DNA of 64,000 bases from Guillardia theta CCMP2712 (Eukaryota > Protista > Cryptophyta), in the NCBI RefSeq assembly GCF_000315625.1, contig NW_005434669.1, positions 469,238 through 533,237 on the forward strand, given 5' to 3'. Below the pieces are notes generated by a model. It did not search any database. It was not told the DNA's origin and saw only the letters and a program-made list of their open reading frames with translations. The stretch's first letter is position 1. Every line of letters begins with the position of its first letter. The position numbers and the translations under genes are program-made. This document shows, piece after piece, positions 24,517 through 36,297 of the stretch.

Positions 24517-27500
24517 ATGAGAACCTCTGGTGTATTCACGCCTTCACTGTCGCTCTTGATCCTGTGTTTCCTGCAGCAAAGTCAGCAGAACAGAGCTGGA
24601 GGATTCTTACTGACAGGGATGAGCCTCCCTTTGAGACTTCGAGGAGGATCTGAATCGTCATTCTCGATGGAGTACAGCTCCTCAGAAGGCAATCTGGATG
24701 ACATGCTGTTCCAGAGGCGCTCCATGAATGAGACAGAGCTGGCAGAAATCGACAAGAAAGAGGAGTCCGAGCGGTTTTTCAATGATCTTGAGAAGAACAT
24801 CTCGATGGCTGGAACGACAAGTGTCTTTAGCAACCCAATCCTGCAAGCAGAAGACACAAAGATGTCATTAGAGCACGACCGTCAAATTCAATTGTTTGAA
24901 GAATACATCAAGAAGGCTGGTGAAACGAACGACGAAGCTAAACGTTACAGACTATTCACTGATTACATGACAAGTAAGAATCGGGCTCCTACTTTGGATA
25001 AATTCGAGTTGTTTGGCCGTTTGATCAAATACCAGCAGCGTTTGGAGGATCCGACAGAGCATAAAGCAGAAAAATACAGGAAGATTGTCAACAAGTTGCA
25101 CGAAGAATTCCTAGGATATCTTCCTGCAGATCCGCCTGAGGATCCTCCGGAGAAAGGCTTCAGGTTGAAGGTTCCATTCCTCATAGCAAATCACCTCTGG
25201 TATCACTGATCGAGTTGTTGTTCAGACCACGGACTCGACGGACAGCGACGACCTGAGCAACTACACAGTCAGCAAGCCTGAACCTGAAAGGTAGATCCCT
25301 TGACTGCTTGCTTGTTCGCTAATTGTTCTTATTTAGAGTCATTTACGAGAGGTGTGGTATTTTTGAAATACCCGTCCCAGAGCAGGCAGACTTTGACCGC
25401 TTCGGTAGCATCGAATGTTTCTGCGCAGTCGTCGTTTGAGCTGATTTGTTAGATGCCGACATGATGCAAGCGTCTGAGACTGCATTCGATTCTTGGGACA
25501 TGTTTAAAGTCAGTTTGTCTCCCTAAAGATTACGAAATGATTGTTTTTAGGGGAAAAATCCTCTTGGATACGATACAATTTGTCTGCGCCACAGGAGGTT
25601 AGAGGCAGAAGAAGAGGAAACTACAGTTGAAAATGTGATGCTTGCGATAGGTGGGAGACAGAAATTGAAATATTTATTGGATCTTGTGGTCGTTACAATG
25701 TGCGACCTACGCCTCGACATCAGGTCCATGATCATCTTCTCAGTAGTTGTGATTGCATCTCAAATCCTCTCAGGTCACCGAGATCATGGAAGATGGAGGC
25801 TTGTTCGAGTAAGATCGCATGATTTTATCTGCTCCGACTTACACTTTGTCTTCGATACGCTTGGTCTAAATAGAACTGCTCCACTTATTGTTAGCATGGA
25901 ATGTGAAGATATTTTCTCTTACATGAGGAACAACACAGGTGTAATGACAACTTTTGGTACCTTCCTAATCATCAGCGTTTAGGTTTGGGATGGATAGAGG
26001 CGATGGGTGGAGCAGATCACTATCTTCTTGGCGACGCGGTTTGGATCGATTCGTGTGGTCGTGTGCCTTGACCGAGATGTCCTCCGATAGAAGCCATGCG
26101 TGCCTACGGGAGCTGTTCCGTTGTCCAAAGAAATCTTCTATTCGGAGGTTGGTTTTGTCTTTCCTTGTTTGGATGTTGTTCACATTCCCTGGCTCAGGTT
26201 GGATGGATACCAAAGCAGGACCGCATGAATGACGGAGACCTCTTCAACACAACCTACATCAGGCCATCGTACATCACACTGTTCATGTGCAGCATTCTGA
26301 CGAGGGTCAAGGCAATATGGCACGCCGATTTATTCTGACGAGATTCCTGATAAAGAAGGATACTGGAGAGTTCGGTGAATACAGCTGGAGATCTTGCTCA
26401 GACTCGAATAATCGTTTGAACGCTTCAGAGCGATGGGGCCTTACGTGGTATTCAGTAACATTTACAACCTTTGCGAGGTTTCTTTGATGATTCGGGCTTC
26501 GATTCAATCTTATGAAATGTTTTAGATCTTCCTCACGCCCCAAGGATTCTTCATGCTCGGTGGTTTGCTCCGGTGTAGCCTATGAGACTTTGATCCTTAA
26601 CCTTCGCCTTCTGACGGGAAACGCAGATATTCAAGGGGCCCACAGGCACTCCGGGTTGAATATGGATTAGCTGGTGACCTTGAAGCTTGTATAATCTGAG
26701 TTTCATGTGTTCATTTTGTAGGCTGTGTGTCTGGGTACAACAAGTTCTTCTGTCTGTCAAACACAGAAGCAAGGAAGGTCGGCTGTGTTCATTCGAGACG
26801 AGCAGCGCTCATTGTTTGTTCCCAAGATACTCGGCCTACCTTGCCCGCAACAAGTGATCGGTGAAGCGTCCAGCATCCAAGCGCTACGAAAGGTTCTCCT
26901 CCTGCGAGCGAACCCTGGAGGCACTGAAACCCCCCTGTTCAGTGGACAGAGGTGTGCGGGTGGCACGACCTTGAACGGAGGCTCTTCAAACGTGGCAAGA
27001 CGGAGCAGGATGTAACCCAGGCTGGTGGAAGCGAGTTCCAGAGGTTGAGACAGTGATGCCAGGCCCTCAACGAGATCATTCGGGAGATCAAATGGAGGGA
27101 AGAGATCCAGGCGTTCATTGACCCTGAGGCCCCAAGTAAGAGACGAGTGACACGATGGGAGGTGCTGACCAAACCTTGCAGTGCAGAGAGAGTTCTTCGA
27201 GGTGAAAGCTGTCCGTCTCCGCCATTGTTCGTTCACACCTGCTACCTGACAGTACAAGGATGGTTATGTACAATTGAAAGGGTTCGTTGATGTGAGTAGA
27301 AGTCTACCATCGCAAGGGCAGTGTTGACGTGTCGTAGGGTTGGCCAGAAGAGATCGTGGACACCAAGACCAAACAAGTTCCAACTGCTGCGTCCAGTTGA
27401 CTTGGAGGCTGACGAGAGGCAGGTGCTCTGGCGGATGGGACAAGGATTCCAGCTCGACTACCCTTGGGCGAGGTGAGTAGACGATAGAAATCATCATGCT

Positions 27501-27987
27501 CTGAACTGTTGGTAGCGAAAACTTTGTGTTGAAATTCGTTGTCGCGGGAGGGAAAAAGCGTGTTATCATTACATCAAAGCAAGACGGCAAAGCGGTCGCC
27601 GAATATGATGGTATGACAAACTTTGTACTTCCCAACGATCTCATTTGATCGCAGATGAAATCAGTAAATGAAAATTTTTATCTGGTGGCATTCAAGACAA
27701 AAAAACGAGACCATGAGCAATAACAGCTACATCAGTAGACATTTATTCATCGAATTTGAACAATCATTTAGTTCTTGCCGGAGGCAAGATCCATTCCCTC
27801 ATGGTCCACCGCCCAGTTGCCTGGTTTCTGCATTCTGGTAAGCGCCGCCGGAGGCCAAGTTGTCAGGTTACCGGTGCCTCCTTCTTCTCGCGAAGAGCAG
27901 CGTTCCACAAAAGCTCAAACATATCTGAGTTGGAAAAGTCAATGGAACAACGTTGTTAAAAATGTTAAGATGAAAACTGAGGCTTGA
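24517..27987 (+). CDS. Large hypothetical protein with signal peptide and LRLRGG motif, many short exons
   Basis: MRTSGVFTPSLSLLILCFL..LRLRGG in a 230-aa first exon, then a continuous array of short GT-AG introns to ~27.9 kb. No domain recognised; could be more than one gene. Confidence 0.55.
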
Positions 27988-28598
27988 ACAGCCAGGAACA
28001 TAACATTGCGAGGTATACTAGGTACATGGCCTGACCATCACTCTCACAACATAAAAGGCCTGTCCATACCGTCTCATATCGAATTCATAGCACATCTGTT
28101 CTAGGTCAACCTCTCACTTAACTTCTATCACATCATCTCTTCTCTTTATGCTGTCGAGCCCCTCCTGCATTCTTCCTCGCTTGAACGCCATTTTCCTTCA
28201 CCCGTTTTAGATCATCAGAGACGTCGTTCACAAGTATGGGGTGGGTGGGTCCACAAAGGTGGGGGTACTATAACATATTTACGGGGGTACCAAGAAGGTT
28301 CAGCAGGTCTCCATGAGGGTGGGGGTACAGTTCGGAATTTGCAATCGATCGCATAAGGTACCCCACCCCCGATTATCTCCAATTCCATTATGCCATGACC
28401 CCTGCTTGACCCAATCGGTACTAGTACCCACCCTTGAAGCAACAAAAAGCTAGATTATAGGGTGGTAGTCGAAAGCCATCTCTCATGTATCCTTCTGGAT
28501 ACGTACGCCTTTACTCAAAGTATGCCTGAGTGACATATAACGAGGGTTTCACCCTTTATATGGCAGTCACCGGTACCGGTGCGACTCTCGTCCTCCCA

Positions 28599-29285
28599 AT
28601 GCAGTCTGCAGTCCTCCTGGCTCTGGCATGTGCCGGAACCGCCAGCGCTTTTGCTCCCAGCTCTTCCCTCCCCAACAGCATTGCCTCTGCACGACCCTCT
28701 TCTTTGTGCAGCTTGAGAATGCAGTCAAGGGAGGTAGATCTGCTTGAACGAGGTTGGATGCAACCTTCTCGTCGATCGCTGCGGTTCTAACGCAATCCTT
28801 CTGTACAGTTGAGACGCTGAAGGTGCTGAGTGCTGTGAGCAAAGCCGGGGTTCTCAGCAAGGTTGAAAAATCTGGACTCCTAAGCAAGTTGGAAAAATCT
28901 GTAATCTATAAGAACCGCATGTGCTTGCAATACATTAACTTCGTTCCGTACGCAGGGAGCGCTGTCGAAGGCCGAGGAATTGCTTCCGCTTTTGGATGAT
29001 TATCGCGTGATCTCACTGACAAAGAAGATTGTCAGCGTGTCACCGGGAACGCTTTACTTCTATGCGGTACTCCAAGTCGTTCATGAGATTTGTCACTGAC
29101 TCGATTGCTAGATGCTTGCCTTGGGCGCCGACGCTGCTGTAATCGCTGGCGTACCTGACAACAGTGGCGCGCTCATTGCTGCTCAAGTAGCAACGACCGT
29201 TGCAATCCTTCCCCTTGTTGGAGCTCTCATCGTCGGAGGAAAGATCAACTCAATCATCCAGGGGAATGAGCCACTCAAGCTTTGA
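28599..29285 (+). CDS. DUF1118 (RIQ1/RIQ2-like) thylakoid protein, plastid-targeted
   Basis: Leader ..GTASA|FAP; repeated VLSKVEKSGLLSKLEK..ALSKAEEL; VPDNSGALIAAQV between two TM helices. Confidence 0.8.
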
Positions 29286-29345
29286 AAGATTTCGTTGTTT
29301 CAATAGTAATACAGTAAAGAATCGTTTTCTCGACCTCGATGCCCC

Positions 29346-31944
29346 CTAGGACCGGAATTCGACAGGGCCCGTACATTTTACATCTTCGTGTGGTGGTACC
29401 ATGTGCTTGTGTAATCGAGTGAAGGCACAACTCGGATCCTCTGCAAACAATTTCATGTTCAAGACAAGCAGAAGAAACCTCAGAACAGTACTCACTGTAA
29501 TCAGGATTATCCTGCACCAATTCTGGATCCGCCCCGAAGCTCTTAAAATAGTCCAATCGATTCCTGAACAAGTACTTAATGGATTACAACTGTTGTTCCG
29601 TGCGGAATACCTGTTCAAATTCCTCATGTGGAAATTTTGTGGATCTTTGATTGTCGGTATCTTTGGGCGAACCTGGACAAATGCTCGTGTCAGAGTGACA
29701 CAAAATCAACATATTCTTCACCAGCGAAGCATTTGCCGGAACCATGGGAACTGTGAAGCTGGATGAAAAATTCCTGAATGTTCCTGGATATTTCTCCCCG
29801 TCGAATGCTGGAGCATCAACCTGCGCGGCAGCTCAATAGAATGTCCCAGGGCACAACAAGCCTCATGATGCCTTGCAAGACTCTAGAGATAGTTTCGCGT
29901 TACGTCCATCATCTATGTCCTGATCTTTTGCCATACACTGCTCGACGGTTAAAAAGCTAAAGATGCATTTGTTATTCCATACCTTCGTTCCGTGGTCCCA
30001 CATTGTCCTAAGACAAAACGCGGAAACCGTGTCCCAGATCTTGCATCGTTTCATTTTCACCTTGCGTAAAGGGTCAATCAAAAAGCCACGAGGAGTAAGA
30101 ACATCCGAGTGAGATTACATCGCAGAAGTTGCCAAACCAAAGGGCGTTTCCGTTGTGACGCAGATCGCAATCCTGGAACACAAAAGAATTGATGGGGGTA
30201 AACAAGTATGTATAGAACAACCAGCACTTCTGCCTGGCACCAGTCCACAACACCAATAGCTTGATGACAAAATTCGATGACAGTCTTTGTTACCGATAGA
30301 AATGCTTTTTCGCACACAACAACTCCCCAACCCGTAGGAACTCCTTCCTTGACCCCTCCCAGGGCACACTGCTTCCATTTTAGATCCCCTTCACCCATCT
30401 TGACTACAAACCTGTACAACTTTAAGCTTGACACGTGGAAACTTGACAAAACGAGGAGGCAACACAGGGGTGCCAGGAACTTTGGGTCGTTTCCTTTGGA
30501 GCAATCAGCTAAGGGAAAGGGCTAACACTCATGATTAAACCTTGCCAGTGGGAGACGACTTACCCCCTTGCAGTAAATCGCATCACCCGCTGGATGATCG
30601 GAGCGGATGCTACATTCCTGCCAACAACAAGTTTTGAGTTGGATGCATTCGATTGTTGAGCGAAAGCTTACCTCTACCTCCCACTCTCCAGCAAAAATAT
30701 ACAAGCAAGATGCTCGATGGGCAAACCAATCTATGCCCCTGATTCGAATTCATTACTCACATCACAACTGGACTGTAATCTGAACCTGATTGCGCATGCA
30801 CCGACTCTCTTCGTCGTACACAAAATACTCAGCGTTGCTTCCACCTTGGCTCCTGGTTCCCCAATAATGCTACAGGCATGCTGAAGCAAGACAGTAAGAC
30901 ACAGCTAGATTAAAATTTAATGCAGCACCTTCATGTGGATCAAATCTGGCCAGGTTCGGTTGTCGTCATCTTCTTCAGGGTAGTCATGGACAACCTGGAC
31001 ATACCAACATTGAATAGTGATTAAGTTGAAGCAAACAAAGTTATCACCATGTAAGGTCCATGAGAAACCGGCTTGCAAAAAGAATTCGTCAATCATACAT
31101 TGGTCAACCACCTTTAGAAAGACCTCCAGTATGAAGTTGTAACCTTCATTAGGGATCTCCAAGATAGCTTCCTTGAGAGTCTTGAACCGCTCCCCTGGAA
31201 TTTTGATGTTTGGGTCGGATGAAACATCAGTCATCATATCAGCTCTTTGAATATTTAACACGCCATCAATCAGGCGTGAATACTCTGACTGAAAATATGT
31301 CATTCTGTCGCACTGCATGGACAAATCACTGCATGCCTCATTCCCATCGCTGTCCGGCAACGCAGAATCTGTTATCAGAGCTCCGAGCTTTGACTCCGTT
31401 TCGTCGATATACCTGGTGGAGCTTTCAGGCTTTTGCATGAGATCAGAGAATAAAAACACTCGTACTTATCGCTGGAAAATTCTTTCTCACCAAATGCGGA
31501 TTCTAATTCCCATTTCGTTCTTTCCTGTTCCTCCCTTAACAATCGCTCATCGATCTGCAATGAGCGATTCAGGGGCCTTGAAGGGTAGGTGCTCCTGTTT
31601 TCAATCTCATGGAGCATTTGGATTGGAATTTCGTCTAGAACACTTGAAAAATCCAGCTCATTCGTTACGGAACCACCTCTGATACGAAGTTGGTTCAAAG
31701 CACGGTCGGTGTGGTAGTGTTTGATGCAAGAAAGCGAATGAACGCGAGGAAACGAGCTCTGAGTGACCGTCACCCCACTTGATGAGATACAGCAGAAAAG
31801 GAACACGAATACAAGATTGAGCACATTAGCACCACTTGACCGAAGTACATCCATGGTGTGACGTTCCCAAATATTCTCGCTCATGCAAGTCATGGGGGTA
31901 TCATTTGACATCTTGCTTTCTGCCCCACGTCTCTGGCGTTCCAT
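29346..31944 (-). CDS. Right-handed parallel beta-helix (pectin-lyase-like) protein with signal peptide and LRIRGG motif, multi-exon
   Basis: VLNLVFVFLFCC..LRIRGG; IKIPGERFKTLKEAI; repeats such as ECSIRS, QCALGG, DCDLRHNGNAL and RCKIWD. Confidence 0.6.
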
Positions 31945-31997
31945 TTATGGCGCTCGTCGCTCTTGTTGTTCCTTGCCATACCAACCTGATTTACACT

Positions 31998-32040
31998 GCC
32001 ATCAGCGGGCCATCAGCGGGCCATCAGCGGGCCATCAGCC
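31998..32040. repeat. Short tandem repeat (GCCATCAGCGG) x ~4
   Basis: Directly visible 11-bp unit just upstream of the minus-strand gene start. Confidence 0.85.
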
Positions 32041-32114
32041 GCATTTTCTAGCCAAGTCTTCAAGTTTTACTCAATGTTTTTGAGAAGGCAAACTAGTACC
32101 GCGTACTGAATTTT

Positions 32115-32390
32115 ACTCGGCGGCCGGGCCCCGGGCCCGGCGCCGCTTCAATGTCGGACTCGAGTCGCTCCGAGTCGGAAGGTCCATCAACCCGGCGTGG
32201 CTCAGTGGCCCCCGGTGGCAGTGCTGGACTACTGCTGGAGTCACGGAGACGGTCCGGCGGCCGGGCCCGGCCGCCGGGGCCGCGGCGACTCGAAACTTGC
32301 TTCCGGGAAATCCGGGAAACACAGTCCTTTCTTTACTCAAAGTTAAGTTAAAAATCAGTACGAGGACAACAGTCCGGTCATGAGTCAAGT
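32115..32390. repeat. GC-rich island containing a 38-nt copy of the fixed-end micro-repeat (32332-32369)
   Basis: CCGGGCCCCGGGCCCGG-type palindromes and TTTACTCAAAGTTAAGTTAAAAATCAGTACGAGGACAA. Confidence 0.85.
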
Positions 32391-33517
32391 TGAATGATGC
32401 TGACAATCAGGCTCAGTACAAATATTTTAAACAAATAATAAAGATCGTGCTAATTACTCAGTGACTCTAGTAGTACTAGTGGCTGCCCGAAATAAAAATA
32501 AACTTTATTTTTTGTGCCCATGGCTGGAGGACGCTGGTGGCATGGCTGCAGCCCGGACGAATCCAAACTTTAGTCAACAATATCCGAAGGAACCAGTGAT
32601 GCTGGTGGACCCGAGTACTGTCAGCAACCCATTTTACCGGTCTGATTAGAGCCGTTAGCACGGTGGGTGGTCAACAAAAATCAAAACGTCGGGGTCATTT
32701 GAAGTGGAAAGGAGGGGTGGTGATGGTTGTCGTGAGTGGGATTTGCCCACCAGAGGTGGTCAGAATATGCCGCAGAGCGCTGTTGTGCAAAGGCAGGCTA
32801 AGGTAGATCATTTCATGAGTAAGTCAATAGTAAATATTGCAATACCACGAGGCAGTGAGCTTTTCCCTGGCGAGTCGAAAGGCAGTGGTCTCACGACAAG
32901 GCTTGCTGACTCGGCCACCCCACCCCGAGATGTTGTTAAGATACCATAGCCTTGAAGAATGAATATTCTATAGGTGAAGCAATAGGTTACCAAGGCTAAG
33001 TGCATAGCATTTGCCACCCTACCCCCCTTGTATCGGCCTTCTGCGGTACTGCTGATGATGAGACAGAACATTGTAAGGTAGTATTTTACCACTTCAAAAA
33101 TACCGTCAGCATATCTGAAAATAAGTGAGATAAAACATTGTTAAGCAAATCTGAGCCTTCGAGATGTCGGATGTGGGTTGTATGTTTGACGAAAAAGCAT
33201 CTTTTTGAATCTTAAAGGGTGCCAACAGTCAGCAAATCTCGTTCCCCCTCCTGTGACTCCTAGTCACAGCGTACTTCTTTGTCGAGCCGAGTAAGCAAAC
33301 AAAGCAACAGCAAACAAAGCAACAGCAACCAAAACCAACAACCCTTCCAAAATCCCGCTGCTTCCCTCTCCCAAACTCTTTCACTCTCGTCCCTCCTTTG
33401 CTTTCGTCCCATATCTCTGTCTCTCCCTCAAACTTCCTTTCTATCCTAACCGACAAGAGCTGTCAGAAAGGTTCCTCATTTCCTGTGCAGCACAGCAAAC
33501 TCTATCTCAGAAACGTC

Positions 33518-34903
33518 ATGGTGGACTCCATCAGAGTTGCTCCTTGGCAAATGCCAGTGATGCCATCTTCCAAGAAATCCTACCAATTCGAAGCAGACAC
33601 AACCAGTGACGACGGCGATTTCATGGAACAGATCAAGGATCTGATGTTTGAAGAAGAATGCCAAGTAGCAATTTCTCTGGAATCGCCTTTGAAGATCTTG
33701 CGGACTAACGACGAATGGCTCAAGAAATTTGGATACTCCCGATCAACCATTACCAGCCGAACACTGCGAATTGTGCAAGGACCATACACGCATACAGCTA
33801 ATTTGCATCAATTGTTAATGAAGGCCTCGACGGAGAAATCAGCCGAAGCTCACTTGACGCTGTATTCCAGCGATGGAACACCAATGCTGTTGAGGACAGT
33901 GGCACGGGTTCATAATTTTCGGTCGCAACAAGTGTGCGTTCTCGAGATGTTTAACTCGGAGGCCATGACGATATCAGAAGCGATGAAAGATGAAAACGTT
34001 GCGAAAGGGCTGATGTGCACATCAAGACCAAGGAGGTTCACTTTTGCAAGCTCACAATTCTCGAGGCTGTTTGGCTTCACGGAGCAGCAGTCACAGAACT
34101 GTGCCCCAAGAATGATTGAAGGACCGCAAACGGATGTCCACACGTTCCAGTCGATGATTACCAACTGCAAGAGAGGAGTCGTACAAGACGGCCACATCGT
34201 CTTTTACTCTAGTCAGTGTGTGCCGATTTCTTGCAATCTGACCATGTTTCCCATCTCTGATTGCGGTGGAAACATTTCGCATGTTCTCGTCAAGTACTAC
34301 CCTGAAGCCCTTCAAACCCTACCTATGGAAGCCTGTGCAATGGCTACCAGCACCGACATGTGTATGCCTGCTCCAGTGAAGTTTCCAATCAAGAGAAACA
34401 AGCACTGGATGCTGACTTCGCAGGACAATGGGCGTGCAAGAACAAATCGCGCCATCGGTTTGGATCTCCAAACAGAAGTGGAAGACATGAAAAGGATGAA
34501 TGAGCATGGACCGTATCAGCAGCCTCAAGCGCCTGGTCGACCCTCACATACTTTCCGTGCCGAGAGCGTTGCAACCACCGAAGCCGAAGCAGAGATCGAA
34601 GAAGATGTCGCGATGGGTGCATACGATACCAAGTCACGATCTCTGAGCGAATCGCCACGTTGTCGGCGAAATTCACTGGATGCAACTCTGTACAAGAACA
34701 TCTCCCACCTATGGTCCTTTGTCATGGTCTTTTGCTGTTACTTTGCTGCATTGCCATTGGCGGCGAAGAAGGCCTATTCTAATAACACACTTGAGCACAA
34801 GCTCAGAGGGCGCAACTGTATGATCAGCTCCGATTTTTCAAAATCGTTCAAAATGAGTGGAAAGGAAAGGAGGGTAATGGACTCCTGGATTCATCTCGAC
34901 TGA
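33518..34903 (+). CDS. Intronless tandem PAS (LOV-like) domain protein
   Basis: Two repeats: ILRTNDEWLKKFGYS..RTLRIVQGPYT..LYSSDG and FASSQFSRLFGFT..CAPRMIEGPQTD..FYSSQ. Hydrophobic segment near the C-terminus. Confidence 0.8.
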   Translation: MVDSIRVAPWQMPVMPSSKKSYQFEADTTSDDGDFMEQIKDLMFEEECQVAISLESPLKILRTNDEWLKKFGYSRSTITSRTLRIVQGPYTHTANLHQLLMKASTEKSAEAHLTLYSSDGTPMLLRTVARVHNFRSQQVCVLEMFNSEAMTISEAMKDENVAKGLMCTSRPRRFTFASSQFSRLFGFTEQQSQNCAPRMIEGPQTDVHTFQSMITNCKRGVVQDGHIVFYSSQCVPISCNLTMFPISDCGGNISHVLVKYYPEALQTLPMEACAMATSTDMCMPAPVKFPIKRNKHWMLTSQDNGRARTNRAIGLDLQTEVEDMKRMNEHGPYQQPQAPGRPSHTFRAESVATTEAEAEIEEDVAMGAYDTKSRSLSESPRCRRNSLDATLYKNISHLWSFVMVFCCYFAALPLAAKKAYSNNTLEHKLRGRNCMISSDFSKSFKMSGKERRVMDSWIHLD

Positions 34904-34991
34904 ATCTTGGATCAATGTAATCGTTTTTCATGTTTTCGATGTTTATAGTTTTCTTCAATAAATGTGAATTTGCAGTTCAAGAAAGCCTGAG

Positions 34992-36009
34992 TCAGATCGC
35001 CATGTTGTTGCAGGCCTGATTAAGCTGTTGCAAGTTTATGATTCAGCATGAGATCTCAAATTGGTTTCACCTTGCCAATGGAAGAAAGAAGCAATTCAAA
35101 TTCTGTCTCATCCAGCTCCATCACGACTTCCTCTAATTGCCCGGCTCCATCGCTAAGGAATAAAATGACCTGTGCATTCGATTAAGGCTATAATCTTCCC
35201 CCTTTCATGCCTCGAAACAACCTGAAGATGAGGGATCCGCAATCCAGAAAAGCAGCTGAAAGAAAAATCAGTGACTACAGACGCAACACTAATATCCTTC
35301 TTACTTGCTTTCAAGGGAAAGGTTTAATCTCCAGTCAAAGTCAACCAAGTATTTTCCTGTAAAGCGAAGTCTTCAGCAGGACCTGGGGTTTTACTTTCGA
35401 ACAAAGGAGGTGCCTGAAAGCTGACTTGATTGCAAAATGCAAGCTTTTCTGAAACATCGAGATAAACGACAAATTCAAAAAACATCTACATTCAAACCTT
35501 AGCTCAGGAAGCCTCTTGCTAAAAGCAGACGATGCTGCCTGAGCCTAAGCGCACATCAGTTTCGAAACATCTTGCCCGTTGAGATACAATGATACCCGAG
35601 AATCTTGTACGCCTGCATCTTTCAACTGAAATAACATCAACTTAAATCATGAAAGACGTACGGTTACCAGAGCGACAATTTCTTTTTCCGGATTGCCGGT
35701 TTGCATCGCCCTCCGAACGAACATGCCGTACGCCTAGGAAACCATCATACAAGTAGTTGAATGTCATGCCAAACCTCTACAGCTGCAAGTTCTCCATTAA
35801 CAGCAACTTCATCTCTCCTGCCTTTTCTGGACTCAGCGAGAAAGGTCTGAAACGCACATGATCTCACTCGTGTTTTGGCAGAAAAGATCAATAGCACTGT
35901 TCATCAAAATTTCATGATGATTCCCACTGGCATCCGAAAGAGAAAGCACGTCTTGAATCATGACAGTATGTCAGAACGTGTCGAACAGGTCCGGATCTGA
36001 GCTTTCCAT
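34992..36009 (-). CDS. COMMD8: COMM-domain protein (COMMD8-like), ~10 micro-exons, absent from the ORF track
   Basis: Spliced C-terminus ILVDFDWRLNLSLES..FSGLRIPHLQVILFLSDGAGQLEEVVMELDETEFELLLSSIGKLNQAC matches the COMM domain (DFDW, P-x-L, E-L/M). Confidence 0.75.
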
Positions 36010-36224
36010 CCAATATTTCCTCAGTCCTAAACCAAAATGTCGAATTTCTTTCGACCTCCATCATTCAACGGTCTCAAGGTGTATACCTGCGTTCGTTTCT
36101 ACACTGTTTATCCCCATTCCAACTTCTCTTCTCCTTCCCATGCCTCTACCCATGCTTCTGTCCCTTCCCTGCACCCCTGTGTACCTGCCATCGACGAGCT
36201 GTTGTGACACGAACACAATCCTGA

Positions 36225-36297
36225 GCTTGACCCTTTACTCAAAGTTAAGTTAAAATCAGTACGAGGACAATCAGGAGAGTCGAGGAGGCTTGACCCT
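36225..36297. repeat. 53-nt micro-insertion flanked by 10-bp direct repeat GCTTGACCCT
   Basis: GCTTGACCCT (36225-36234) + TTACTCAAAGTTAAGTTAAAATCAGTACGAGGACAATCAGGAGAGTCGAGGAG + GCTTGACCCT (36288-36297). Confidence 0.85.

Noticed and set aside
31998-32040. CRISPR-like array
   Set aside because: Simple 11-bp tandem repeat without spacers in a eukaryotic genome; no cas genes. No tRNA or rRNA recognised in the window either.
34805-34825. GRNC near the C-terminus of the PAS protein as a LOV photoactive motif
   Set aside because: Not followed by RFLQ and lies outside the PAS repeats; probably coincidental.
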